In this document: positions 31,719-41,841 of the stretch, piece after piece
Position numbering within the stretch: the first letter of the stretch is position 1
Layout: each line of letters opens with the position of its first letter
Source: an uncultured virus (IMG/VR IMGVR_UViG_3300042471_001823)
Taxonomy: Duplodnaviria; Heunggongvirae; Uroviricota; Caudoviricetes
Strand: one strand, 5' to 3'
DNA: 64,000 bases
Virus record (IMG/VR): IMGVR_UViG_3300042471_001823
The notes under the pieces: model-generated
Seen by the model: the letters and a program-made list of their open reading frames with translations, nothing else
Database searches by the model: none
What the model was told of the DNA's origin: nothing
Program-made: the position numbers and the translations under genes

Positions 31719-31878
31719 TTGACTTGAGGGATTAATTATTTATTTAATAGCAAAGCCTATAGTTTGACCTATAGGCTTTGTGGTGTTTTAGGGGTTAACC
31801 TGAGATAAGTGCTTTGACGATGCGATCAACGGCGGGTAGTGAATAGTATCATTTTTAAAATGATACTATTTTAGTCAA

Positions 31879-32571
31879 CTAGCGAATATACCGCGCCGCT
31901 TTAGCCATAGCTTGTTCTGGTTCCATGTCATCAACCATAATATAATCAGCAACCAACTCTTCAAACTTGGCAATGTTTCTCAGTTTTGCTGAATCCAATG
32001 TGTTACGAAAACCAGCGTCTTTATGGGTTTTGCGGTAGATTGCGTATTCAGATGACAGCTTACAAGCCGAATAGGTTTGCAATGTCATCAACCCGTAGTT
32101 AAGCTGTTGACCACGCTCAATTAAATGCTTGATAGCATCAGTCAAAGAGCGTCGATAAAATTTGCCATCTTGACGATCTTTAAGCCATTCTTGACGATTG
32201 ATCTTTTCAAATTTAAGCCCAAAAGCATCGCTAAACAATTGAATCAAAGCCAGTCCAATCATGTCCCGCTGGAAAGCGATCGCTTTTTCGTTGCCGCGCA
32301 ATGCAAGTTCAAGGGCTACAGTCTCAAACTCAGTCAGGGACAAAATGTTAACCGCTTTTGGGTTTAGCTCAGATTTTACCGTGTCGAACTGAAAATCCTT
32401 GCCTAGCAAGGATTTGATGCGTCTTGAGGCTTGATTGAGGTCGAATTGAAACAACTCAGCAACTTGAGACACAGCGATCGCAAAGTCACCATTAGGCAAC
32501 ATCAAACCATCAACAATTTGATGTCCGATGTCCACAGGAGCGACAATAGCCTTTACAATATTATTTGACAT
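31879..32571 (-). CDS. Antirepressor-like DNA-binding protein, paralog of 25405-26097
   Basis: Colinear with the 25405 protein over 230 aa. Confidence 0.75.
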   Translation of the reverse strand: MSNNIVKAIVAPVDIGHQIVDGLMLPNGDFAIAVSQVAELFQFDLNQASRRIKSLLGKDFQFDTVKSELNPKAVNILSLTEFETVALELALRGNEKAIAFQRDMIGLALIQLFSDAFGLKFEKINRQEWLKDRQDGKFYRRSLTDAIKHLIERGQQLNYGLMTLQTYSACKLSSEYAIYRKTHKDAGFRNTLDSAKLRNIAKFEELVADYIMVDDMEPEQAMAKAARYIR

Positions 32572-32778
32572 TCGTTTACCGTTTTGGATGTGTGTTTTTT
32601 ACCTCAGATGGCTTAACATCTGGGGTATTTTAATATTTTACCATTTTTGACTAAAAAATACTAGAGTTGTTTAAGCAAATCCCGTTACCAGTAAATGGTT
32701 TTGAGTGATGACTGCCTACTCAAGCAATTGCCATCACTCATTAAAAAATCACCATTCCTTTAGGCGATAGTCACCCAC

Positions 32779-33996
32779 CTATTTAAACGAATAACTAGTA
32801 CGTCCCAAAAGATCCTCATTCCTAGCGAATCGATTCAAGTTCTTAGTGGCAGATTTAAGCCGTCTAGACGCTTCTAACCGCTTTTCATTCATTGCCTTAC
32901 GCTTTGCAGTAGCGGCGGTTCTATCTGCCAATTTCTTACGATTCAGCATCTGTTTGCGTTCAGCGGCTTGCCTTGCTTTGTTGGCACTGATTTGTTTAGC
33001 TCTGGTTTCGGCACGGGCTTTGTTGATTGAACCAGAGATGCTAGAAGCCTTATTGCTTAATGCTTTGATAGCATTACTACCAACTGCTTTAACAGAAGAG
33101 CCAATGCCTGTGATTTTATCCCTAGCCTCATACCCCGCGTTTTTGATACGGTCAATCATTGAGGCTCTGTTGTCATTGAATCCAAAGCTGTTGCCATAAT
33201 TGCTAAGGATTGGGCGTGGGGGATTTACCATCGTAAAACCTTTGGACTTAGGGGATGGTGTCACAATAGGCTTACCCCGTCCAGCAATTTGCCTAATTGC
33301 TACTAAACCCTGAGCATTGCTAATCTTGCCTTGGTCAACAGAATTTCTAATATTAGCAATCACCGCCTTGATGTAGTCATTAGACCCTTTACGCATGAAT
33401 TGACCACCGATCTCAGGCGTACCCTTTGGATACCTAGGATGTAGCAATGATTGGGGAATACCTAGGCTTTTACCCGTCAAGTGCTGAGGTGAAGTGAGTA
33501 CCCGATACGGCTTGTCACCTGACATTTTTAGGGTAGCTTTTTTGGGCAATACCCTAGCACCCTTCATGTAATTCTTGTTAGAGGGTGGTAGAGCATTGGT
33601 TGCTTGTCCCCTTTGCTTAGCCAAATAGTTTGCAGCGTTTTTGACCAAAGCACTAGGATTTGCTTTGGCTAGATTTGATTTAATTCTTGATAGGATGTTC
33701 CCAGCGCTTTGAGTTTTAGGAGGTTTAACAAACAATCGACTCGCACCACGAGTGATATTTTCTTTGACTTGTTGGACATTAATCCCTTTGTCCCCAAAAG
33801 TGAATAATGGTTGCTTGTTTTTGGGCTTGTTTTTATCTATAATCACCCGCCCTGATGGTGTCACATCAATGGTTATAGGCTTTGCTTCACCAAACAAACT
33901 GCCTTTTCCGCTTACTGTGCCACTTATTTCTTGTTTTTTGATCGTCATCTGAGGGATGGCAATTTCAAAGCTTTTTTCTATTAGAATTTGTAACAT
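32779..33996 (-). CDS. Basic IPQMTI-leader protein 2 with an HPRYPKGTP module
   Basis: Starts MLQILIEKSFEIAIPQMTI (ATG at 33996 after GGGGA); very basic. Confidence 0.8.
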   Translation of the reverse strand: MLQILIEKSFEIAIPQMTIKKQEISGTVSGKGSLFGEAKPITIDVTPSGRVIIDKNKPKNKQPLFTFGDKGINVQQVKENITRGASRLFVKPPKTQSAGNILSRIKSNLAKANPSALVKNAANYLAKQRGQATNALPPSNKNYMKGARVLPKKATLKMSGDKPYRVLTSPQHLTGKSLGIPQSLLHPRYPKGTPEIGGQFMRKGSNDYIKAVIANIRNSVDQGKISNAQGLVAIRQIAGRGKPIVTPSPKSKGFTMVNPPRPILSNYGNSFGFNDNRASMIDRIKNAGYEARDKITGIGSSVKAVGSNAIKALSNKASSISGSINKARAETRAKQISANKARQAAERKQMLNRKKLADRTAATAKRKAMNEKRLEASRRLKSATKNLNRFARNEDLLGRTSYSFK

Positions 33997-34106
33997 TTTT
34001 AGATCCCCGTGTAATAATAGAAATAATAACACGATTAATTCATGGCAAGCTAATTTAATTAATTGGCTGATTAGCTCATGTTTTAACAATTAAACCCTTC
34101 AACACC

Positions 34107-36125
34107 ATGCTACAAATTTTCAGCATTACAAGCGATCAAGCTATTCCCCAAATGACTATTACTCACCATGTGATAGGTGAGTTGGTTAATACTAGGGGTA
34201 TTAAAACTGATGGAAAGTTTACGAAAAGTAAATATATTAAAGGGGTTTTGGTTGGTGAAATTCCGATCAAAGATGCAATCAAGCCTTATGTTCATTTAGA
34301 ACATGATTCCAAAGAGTCTAGGGTTTTAGTGCCTACTGAAACTAGAAATGGTCAACTATTTGTTGATAAAAAAGTCATGGAGCCTCAGATTGAGAGTGCT
34401 AAAAACATGGCTAAGGAATGGATTAAAATCAAAGCTGAGGTCAAGAAAGCCCAAAATAAAGCCAAGTCTGACAGGATGAAACGGGAATATGCTGAGGCTA
34501 CAAATAAAGTAAGGGAACTAAAACCGTTTGAAATTACAGTGGGTAAGGTGATCCACAAAATACCCGCTGAGGGGAAAATTGTATGGGCAAAAGATGATAG
34601 CTTATTGTCTGAACTCTCAGGGGCTAGACCTTATCGAGTGATGCCTGAGACTGCAAACCGTGACCACACTGGCTACGTTCGCACTGATCCTAAAAACAAC
34701 AGTCAGCCAGAATTAACTTTCAAAACCAAAGAGCAAGCTCAAAGGTATGCTGATAAGCTGAATCGTGCTATTGATAAAGCCAATAAAACTGCTACAAAAG
34801 TTGAGAAAACCAATAAGACTAGTACAAAAGTTGACAAGCCTGACTCAAAAGGCAGTAGAACTAAGCCAAGCGAACTAAAACCGTTTCAGGTCACAATGGG
34901 GAACAAAATCCATTTAATTCCCACTGATGGAAAAATTGTGGTTTCTCCCATACTTGATCCAATAGGACGGTATCCTTATAGGATTGAAACTATTGGCGCT
35001 TCTGATATAAGTATCCGCACCATTCAAGGCAATAGCCAACCAGTTTTAAAATTTATAAGCCAAGAGCAAGCTCAAAGGTATGCAGACAAGCTAAACCGCG
35101 CTATCGAACGGGCTAACAAACCGCCGTCACCAAAGAAGGCTAAAGCTGTAATTACCAAAAAAACTGAATTGAAACCACTAGAAACCTCAGTTGATGCATC
35201 ATCGCCAATTCAGACCGATTTATTTGGAAATAATGAAGTTTTGCCAAATCCAAAACTTACTAGTCCCCAAAATATCGATCAAAAAGATATTAAAAACACA
35301 GTTTTTTCCAAAGAAATGAAAGCTCATGTAAACAATGTTTTAAATGAAGCTGAAAAGCAGTTAAAAAAGAAGCAGCCAGAAGATTTCAGGAAATACAATA
35401 GATTGAAAAACGAAAAAGATATATTGAATGGTAAATTTAAGTATATCCCTGAAGAATATCGATCCAATCAAACGCAGTTGAATGGATATGGAGTGAAAGA
35501 ATTAAACCGAGAAAAGAAACGTTTAATCGCTATAGAATCAGACAAACCTAACGATTCTGGATGGGTTTTATACGATCCAATTAAAGAGGCGAAAACAACA
35601 AAATCTAAAATCAATGAATTATTGGTTGCCGACGGCAAATCACCTCAGTTTAAGCCAAATGAAACTGACGGCAAAAAATATTATGATGATAATATCAGTA
35701 AATACACCAGACCTACACTTAACGAAAAAGGCAAAAAAGCTTTGGCTGAAGTAACAAAACAACTTAACTCATTGCCATTCCATGAAACCCCTACGGTTCA
35801 AATCGATTTAAGTCGTTATGGTGGCGGCATCCTTGAAGTCAACAAATCTCAAGAAGCTTTTAATGAAATCAGGAAAAACATTAATAACGCCCCTGAAACT
35901 GTTTCTTCTATAACTCCTAATCCGTTAAAAAACATCCCTTATGGAAAAAGAAAAGAATGGAACTCAGCGCTAAAATCGGGTCAAATCGATCAAGCTACTT
36001 ATGATTTGCTGGTCAATACCACGCCAAAACCCGTCAAGATTAACAAAGGTCTAACCGCTGCTAAAATAGCGCTAGATTCTGGCAAAAAGACCGCCAAAGC
36101 TTTATCCCCTACACAGAGAAATTGA
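34107..36125 (+). CDS. Basic IPQMTI-leader protein 3 with an internally duplicated domain; probably continues into 36148-36537
   Basis: Starts MLQIFSITSDQAIPQMTI; two copies of ELKPF...EQAQRYADKLNRAI..ANK. Confidence 0.8.
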   Translation: MLQIFSITSDQAIPQMTITHHVIGELVNTRGIKTDGKFTKSKYIKGVLVGEIPIKDAIKPYVHLEHDSKESRVLVPTETRNGQLFVDKKVMEPQIESAKNMAKEWIKIKAEVKKAQNKAKSDRMKREYAEATNKVRELKPFEITVGKVIHKIPAEGKIVWAKDDSLLSELSGARPYRVMPETANRDHTGYVRTDPKNNSQPELTFKTKEQAQRYADKLNRAIDKANKTATKVEKTNKTSTKVDKPDSKGSRTKPSELKPFQVTMGNKIHLIPTDGKIVVSPILDPIGRYPYRIETIGASDISIRTIQGNSQPVLKFISQEQAQRYADKLNRAIERANKPPSPKKAKAVITKKTELKPLETSVDASSPIQTDLFGNNEVLPNPKLTSPQNIDQKDIKNTVFSKEMKAHVNNVLNEAEKQLKKKQPEDFRKYNRLKNEKDILNGKFKYIPEEYRSNQTQLNGYGVKELNREKKRLIAIESDKPNDSGWVLYDPIKEAKTTKSKINELLVADGKSPQFKPNETDGKKYYDDNISKYTRPTLNEKGKKALAEVTKQLNSLPFHETPTVQIDLSRYGGGILEVNKSQEAFNEIRKNINNAPETVSSITPNPLKNIPYGKRKEWNSALKSGQIDQATYDLLVNTTPKPVKINKGLTAAKIALDSGKKTAKALSPTQRN

Positions 36126-36147
36126 CGCTAAATACGCTAAAGGCAAG

Positions 36148-36537
36148 ATGGCAACAAATCACTACTTGGCTAAGGAATATGGCGGTAAATGGTCTGGTAG
36201 AGAGGGTGTTTACATCATCTCACCCGCTGGGGCCAAGAAAATGAAAGATGAACTCAGGGTAAAGCGAACACCAGTGTATCAACGCACGGTTAAGGAGTAT
36301 TTAGCTAATGATGGTGCAGCCCGTTTATTTGAAAAAGAATCAAAAGAATTAAGAAAGAAATACAAAGATGATCGTGATTATGAATATGGAATGGAAATTC
36401 AAGGGACAAACGGTTTATTGCCTTATGTTAACGAACTTAAGGGGCAGCACCGTCAATCCGTAGTTGATGCGTTGGCTAAGGGGTTAAAGGTTCCTGCTAA
36501 GGTGCTGAAGGATTATCCTGAGTTGAAAAATCAATGA
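36148..36537 (+). CDS. Protein ending in a polyvalent-protein-like motif; likely the C-terminal part of the 34107 gene
   Basis: HRQSVVDALAKGLKVPAKVLKDYPEL; its frame is open from 36076. Confidence 0.6.
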   Translation: MATNHYLAKEYGGKWSGREGVYIISPAGAKKMKDELRVKRTPVYQRTVKEYLANDGAARLFEKESKELRKKYKDDRDYEYGMEIQGTNGLLPYVNELKGQHRQSVVDALAKGLKVPAKVLKDYPELKNQ

Positions 36538-36614
36538 TTAAAATTATTGAGTTAAAACCAAAAAGCACATGATTTATTTCATGTGCTTTTTGGTTTAATT
36601 ATCTAATCAATCCG

Positions 36615-39404
36615 CTACTTACTCCCACTAATCAAACACTTATCACTATCACACCCAGCAGGACCCGCTTCAACGATATTGCCACCGTCATCATATTTCA
36701 TTAGAGCCTCATGGAAGTCTAACTCTTTACGACGCAACAGCATCTCAGCAAACAATCGATCATAGGTGCGTTTGTCAATCGGTTCAAATGGCAATCGAGG
36801 GAATGTCTGCAAGTCATCAAACCGTGCCAACAATGCCGATGAAATGTAGCCTTCATCATTTTGGATAGCATCATAGATTCGCTTGGCTAGCGCTTCGATT
36901 TCGTGCTGACGTAGCTCAATAGTACTTGAAGTGTTATGACTGGTATAATACTTCTGCACTTGCATATAGAAGTCAAACTGTGCCAGTGCTGAGAATCTGC
37001 TAATATCAATCTTGTCAGCACCATCAAGGTTAGCCCAAGGCACTTCTACTGGGATTTCCACTAGCCATTCAGTACAGCGTGGATCAAACGGATCGTCAAG
37101 TAAATGTCCGTTCTCATCCTTGTCTGATTGCGACGGAATTACGTTATAGCCGTAGTCGATACAAGCTAATGCCACAGGGTCATTCTTACGGAATGTGATC
37201 CGACGGATAAAGCGCTGTGCTTTAGGGGGATGCCAACCAGGGGACGCGCCGGTGAGTAAGCTCTTGCTACCACTAGGTTGAACCGTAGTACACCGGCTAG
37301 GCGTTTTTAACCCATGATGCTCACAGTAACCCGCCACCGTTTCAAAGGTGATCATTCTCCAGTAACTCAGGTAATGGCGCTCTAAGTCACGGTACAACTG
37401 ACTACAGCTATAGAACACCCGATCATCAATCATGCATTGATAAGATTCTAAGTCGATGTCAAATTGGGTCAAGATTTGATTGTCAGGGCAGATGGCAACA
37501 AATTCTGACCATTTCAAATACCAGTCGCATCTGCCATCTGCCCACCATTGCAACCAGTTCGCACCAAAAGCATTAACAAAGAAGTCAAACAAGCCAGTGA
37601 TTGACACGCCAACAATAGGATCGGCTTCACGGCTTTCTTTATACCGCTGGTCTACAAACTGGTGATTAAGTAGCACTGATACGGACAGCGCACCCGCCAT
37701 AAATGCTTTTTCTTGATCAACAAAATCCGTCGGACTGATTTGGTTTAAGTGGATTTCGGCTAGGTTGCAAAAGAAGTTTGATCCGATGATTTCACCGCAG
37801 GGATTCAAACCATATCTCTGAAACCGATGCTCCAACTCTCTCTCTGTCAGTGACGGAAACTGACTGACTAGCCATTTTTTAGCGGCTTCGATACCGTCCT
37901 CATAGGCTTTAAGGAATTGGGTCTTAGCATCACTATCGATTGGCAGTAAGTCAGCATTAGCCCTAGCCACTGCCTCTGGTGCATACTGAATTGCGCCTTC
38001 ACCCGAAAAGTATTGCTTGGTTACGGATGCGATGCACTCATCAAGGCTTGGCTTATGGTGAAATACACGGGTATGGTTTGCCATCCGCAATGCATCGCGT
38101 TCAGGGTCAATCTGCCATTTGCCGGTAACAGCGTTCTGTTGCCATAGATTATCCTTAGCAGTCATGCCTAACGTGTCGTTTTCGGAGAACTGCCTCATGC
38201 CTGCTGAGTTTGAAACTAGCAAACCGTTACAGACAAACTCATGAACCGTTGAAACCTCAATATCAAAAGTGTGATCGGTTCTTACGTCATATTCAATGGA
38301 AGTAATAGCCACTCGCTTTGATTTGCCCGTAGTGGCATCAAGTGCTAAAAGGCGATCGTCGGTTGTGGCATATTGAGCTTTGATCATTTGATACCTGTCG
38401 CCACTAATATCAATCGCAATCTTGTGATCCTTGGTGCATTCCAAAACGTGACCTTCAACGGTTTCAATCCGACACAGTGCCTGCTCACCTTGATCAAAAA
38501 AGTCAGTCACGGGATAAAACCCCTTGCTGGTTAACACCATGTCACCAATCCGCATTTTTTCGATAGGCACTAAACCAGATTGAGTGTGAACCAGTGAGCC
38601 TTTGGGCAAACATCGCCTAATATTCCCAGCTACCACCACCAAAGCCGCTTCATCGATCAACAAGCAACACTCAACGGAATTGAGCTTGCGCCCTACGGCT
38701 TTACTTAGAATTTCAGCACAGCGGGTATACAGCGATTCAACCTTTACGGGATTAGCCACACCACCAAAACCCTTAAGGGCTTCACCCGACGGACGCACGT
38801 TTGATAAGTCTACTGTGACATGAACCACATACTCAGGATCGAACTTGGCATCAGATGACAGCTTTAAAAAATCTTCATAGGATTTGACCCAACCCTCTCG
38901 ACTGTCCCCAACTTCAATTAGTACATCGTTCCAAGGGTAGTCAATAGTTGTGCGGGTTTGTTGCAATCGCTGATCTGCGGGTTTGTCACCAACATTACCC
39001 TTAATTGTCACCTCAAACCGATTAACAATCACTGGCAACTGCTCAATATATTGAGGCTCTAGTACTGCACCAGTACCACAACCTTGCATGGCTAAACCCA
39101 TCATCAATCCAAATGAATGCCAGTCCACAATATTGGTGCTACTACAGTTATAACTGCCATAGTAGTTTTCGGGCTTGTTACTCCAATCAGTACCACCAAC
39201 CCACAGCCATCGTCCTGATGTCAATGCCTTGAGGCTCTTTTGCGCCTCATCAATCAGGCGAACTTGATCCTCAGTCAGATTGCCAATGGATTGCAAACCC
39301 TTAAGCGTCCGCAAACATACTTCATCCCAATGCTCTCTAACCCCATTGACTTTCCGGCTGTACGTCCGGTAGAAAACTGGATACGCTGTTGCTGCTGATT
39401 GCAT
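36615..39404 (-). CDS. nrdJ: Class II (adenosylcobalamin-dependent) ribonucleotide reductase with intein
   Basis: PVFYRTYSR, SGRWLWVGGT, YNCSS, VVAGNIRR/SAGMRQ, GLNPCGEI, TTVQPSG, C-terminal GPAGCDSDKC. Confidence 0.95.
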   Translation of the reverse strand: MQSAATAYPVFYRTYSRKVNGVREHWDEVCLRTLKGLQSIGNLTEDQVRLIDEAQKSLKALTSGRWLWVGGTDWSNKPENYYGSYNCSSTNIVDWHSFGLMMGLAMQGCGTGAVLEPQYIEQLPVIVNRFEVTIKGNVGDKPADQRLQQTRTTIDYPWNDVLIEVGDSREGWVKSYEDFLKLSSDAKFDPEYVVHVTVDLSNVRPSGEALKGFGGVANPVKVESLYTRCAEILSKAVGRKLNSVECCLLIDEAALVVVAGNIRRCLPKGSLVHTQSGLVPIEKMRIGDMVLTSKGFYPVTDFFDQGEQALCRIETVEGHVLECTKDHKIAIDISGDRYQMIKAQYATTDDRLLALDATTGKSKRVAITSIEYDVRTDHTFDIEVSTVHEFVCNGLLVSNSAGMRQFSENDTLGMTAKDNLWQQNAVTGKWQIDPERDALRMANHTRVFHHKPSLDECIASVTKQYFSGEGAIQYAPEAVARANADLLPIDSDAKTQFLKAYEDGIEAAKKWLVSQFPSLTERELEHRFQRYGLNPCGEIIGSNFFCNLAEIHLNQISPTDFVDQEKAFMAGALSVSVLLNHQFVDQRYKESREADPIVGVSITGLFDFFVNAFGANWLQWWADGRCDWYLKWSEFVAICPDNQILTQFDIDLESYQCMIDDRVFYSCSQLYRDLERHYLSYWRMITFETVAGYCEHHGLKTPSRCTTVQPSGSKSLLTGASPGWHPPKAQRFIRRITFRKNDPVALACIDYGYNVIPSQSDKDENGHLLDDPFDPRCTEWLVEIPVEVPWANLDGADKIDISRFSALAQFDFYMQVQKYYTSHNTSSTIELRQHEIEALAKRIYDAIQNDEGYISSALLARFDDLQTFPRLPFEPIDKRTYDRLFAEMLLRRKELDFHEALMKYDDGGNIVEAGPAGCDSDKCLISGSK
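38208..38612 (-). mobile_element. Mini-intein (135 aa, no homing endonuclease) in NrdJ
   Basis: IRR|CLPKGSLVHT...TKDHKI...FDIEVSTVHEFVCNGLLVSN|SAGMRQ: Cys1, block B TxxH, terminal Asn, +1 Ser. Confidence 0.92.
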
Positions 39405-39548
39405 ATTTATTAGGTATAAACGTTTTTATATTATACACTAATTCGATGGTGCTGCGCTAATTTAATGGCATTAAAGCAGTTCGATGCTATTGCATTAATT
39501 TGATACCACCAAATCAGCTTGATACCACCAAAGAAAAGCGTTTTTATA

Positions 39549-40377
39549 TTATTTTCACTTTCTTCCTTGAAAATAGGTGTTTTTTCGTTAAAACCTAATT
39601 ATCTTAACAATAGATGGTTGACTGTTTTTAAGTGAATTTTTCTGGAAAAAGTTAGAGAACTTTTAGCTAAATCCCACATTCTTCTTCGGATCTCCCTTAT
39701 ACAGATCTTATTCAAGTTTTTAAACTTGGTTTTTTTGGACTGAGGGTGGCATGGTTTGACTTGAAGTTTTAGGCGGGTTGATCCAATGCCTTGGAAATCA
39801 TGGTTTTTACGATAGGACGGCTTTTATGCAATTAGTTGCATATTTTGGATTAAAGCCTATGCAATTAATTGCATAAATCTTAGTGATGAGCCGGTTCGTG
39901 ACATGTAATTAATTGCCTAGACTTTTTATATAAATTTCACTTTCTTCCTTGAGTTGGTGGTTTGAGGCATCAAAAAACAGGGTGAAAAATACATGATAAG
40001 AATCGGTGATTTTTAGCTAGTTTTCCTACAACTTTTAGCCAAATCCCACATTCTTCCTTGAAATCCCCTTATACAGATCTTATTCAATTTTTTTTGACTT
40101 GGTTTTTAATCTGAGGGTGCGAGCCACGATTTTCAGGCTAAGGTCTAGGTGACAGTAAAACTTGGTTTTTTGGACTTAACCTAGGGATTGGTTTTAACCA
40201 CTGGCTTATAAGATTCACCTTTGAATTTGGATTTTCCCATAAATCCACCTGCATCAAAAACACGGATATACGCTCTATTGCCTCAAAACTAGCGCTTAAA
40301 GACGTTTGATTTGATTCCAAGTACTAAGAGATGGTTAAGGGTAAAACAAGGGCGTTAGAAGCGATTTTAAAGGCAAT
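39549..40377. repeat. Palindromic repeat element copy C (half element)
   Basis: K boxes at 39661 and 40033 (+), three palindromes at 39826-39918, central hairpin 40278-40376; then it ends. Confidence 0.93.
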
Positions 40378-40467
40378 CCCACAAAAAAGACGCATGATTT
40401 TTTGCGATCATGCGTCTCTGGTGCTTGTTAGCAGTCTCTGGTGTTTGCTGACAGGCTTTAATGATTG

Positions 40468-41841
40468 CTAATAGTCACTGCCAATCCATTGCCGGAGTTT
40501 GCCAACACGGGTGTTAAAGCGTTCGTTTAGATCCTTGTCTTTGAACTGGAGATGTACAGTGCCTTTTTTGAACACCTTGATGTGAAAGAAAGTAGATTCA
40601 ATCGTGTCCGTTCTTTTGTGTACCCAGCTAGATAACGCGCTGTCAATGGTTACAATATTTTTGATGTTGGTTCCGCTTAGGATGCACATTGCTTTGTCAA
40701 TGTCGTTGTAGTTGCTAGTCCGATGGTGGCAAGTTGCAAAACCCCATGAACTATGGTTGATACCCCGTTCAATAATCATTTTGGTGTTAAGCTTTGAGGC
40801 TTTGTTGGTTTTCCATCCTTCACCAACCACGCAATTGGCATGATTGCGGGTCAAATAATCAAAAACATGGCACAAGGAATCATCATCAATTTGTGATTTA
40901 TTCTGCCAAAACATCAGCAGCATTTCCTTAATGTTTGACTCAGTAAAAGCTAGTTGAACCTGATCATTAGCCCAATTAGTAAACTTTTCCTGAAAGTCAG
41001 AGGTTGCGCGAGATTGCAACTCAGTTTTAATAAACACAGTCCGCCAAAACCTTGCTTTTAGTTCTGCAAGCATTTCAGGATAGGTAACGCGAGACGTTAA
41101 AGGCTCTTTGTTTGATTCACCAACATAAACCGCAATGCCTTGCAAGGCAAAGTTTAACTGTTCTTGTGCTACAAACTTTTGTCTAAGCGCTTCAACTGCC
41201 AATTCATACTGATGCACCAAGGTTTTGATTACATCGTTTTTGCCAAGTGTGGCAGTCTTGTTTGTGGAGATCGCCGCTTCAATATTTTCAACGGTAAAAT
41301 CATCAATCGAAAAGTTAAAGCCACACTGCGTTTTAGGCTTGTCAAGGGTGATCATTACCACTTCAACTGAGGTTTTACGCTCGGCATCAGCAAAGCAATC
41401 ACCTAGATTTTCGACACTGCCATGAATCTCGATTAGTTGGCTAAGCTTAGCCTTGGTTTGATTGCCTTGGTTTAATACAGTCACTGGCAACAAACAAACT
41501 ACGCGACCACCATCACTTAAAATCTCCCATGCATGAAGCAGGTGATCAATGCCATCGCTAAATGGCGGATTCATGATGATTGAATCAAATGACGATTTCT
41601 CATTAAATTCTAAGAAATCGCTACCGATGACTGCGTATTTTTTACCTTTGAGTGTACTGGCTAGATCAGGGTCTAGCTCAATCGCCTTAACTTCAGACGC
41701 ATGATAACGGGACACATCCAACAAGTCCCCTTTACCCGCGCTAGGATCTAGCAATCTAACAATGCGTCGATCCCGCTTCAAGGCTTCAATCATTCTTAAA
41801 GCAATTGCTTTAGGGGTGGGATAAAACTCAACACCAAACAT
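40468..41841 (-). CDS. Amino-methyltransferase fused to a DUF4942-like domain
   Basis: FYPTP, LDPSAGKG, IIMNPPF motifs; C-terminal GWKTN...STFFHIKVFKKGTVHLQFKD. Confidence 0.85.
   Translation of the reverse strand: MFGVEFYPTPKAIALRMIEALKRDRRIVRLLDPSAGKGDLLDVSRYHASEVKAIELDPDLASTLKGKKYAVIGSDFLEFNEKSSFDSIIMNPPFSDGIDHLLHAWEILSDGGRVVCLLPVTVLNQGNQTKAKLSQLIEIHGSVENLGDCFADAERKTSVEVVMITLDKPKTQCGFNFSIDDFTVENIEAAISTNKTATLGKNDVIKTLVHQYELAVEALRQKFVAQEQLNFALQGIAVYVGESNKEPLTSRVTYPEMLAELKARFWRTVFIKTELQSRATSDFQEKFTNWANDQVQLAFTESNIKEMLLMFWQNKSQIDDDSLCHVFDYLTRNHANCVVGEGWKTNKASKLNTKMIIERGINHSSWGFATCHHRTSNYNDIDKAMCILSGTNIKNIVTIDSALSSWVHKRTDTIESTFFHIKVFKKGTVHLQFKDKDLNERFNTRVGKLRQWIGSDY

Noticed and set aside
33997..34089. 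Upstream start for the 32779 gene
   Set aside because: The shared leader and a GGGGA SD place the start at 33996; the extension is AT-rich intergenic DNA.
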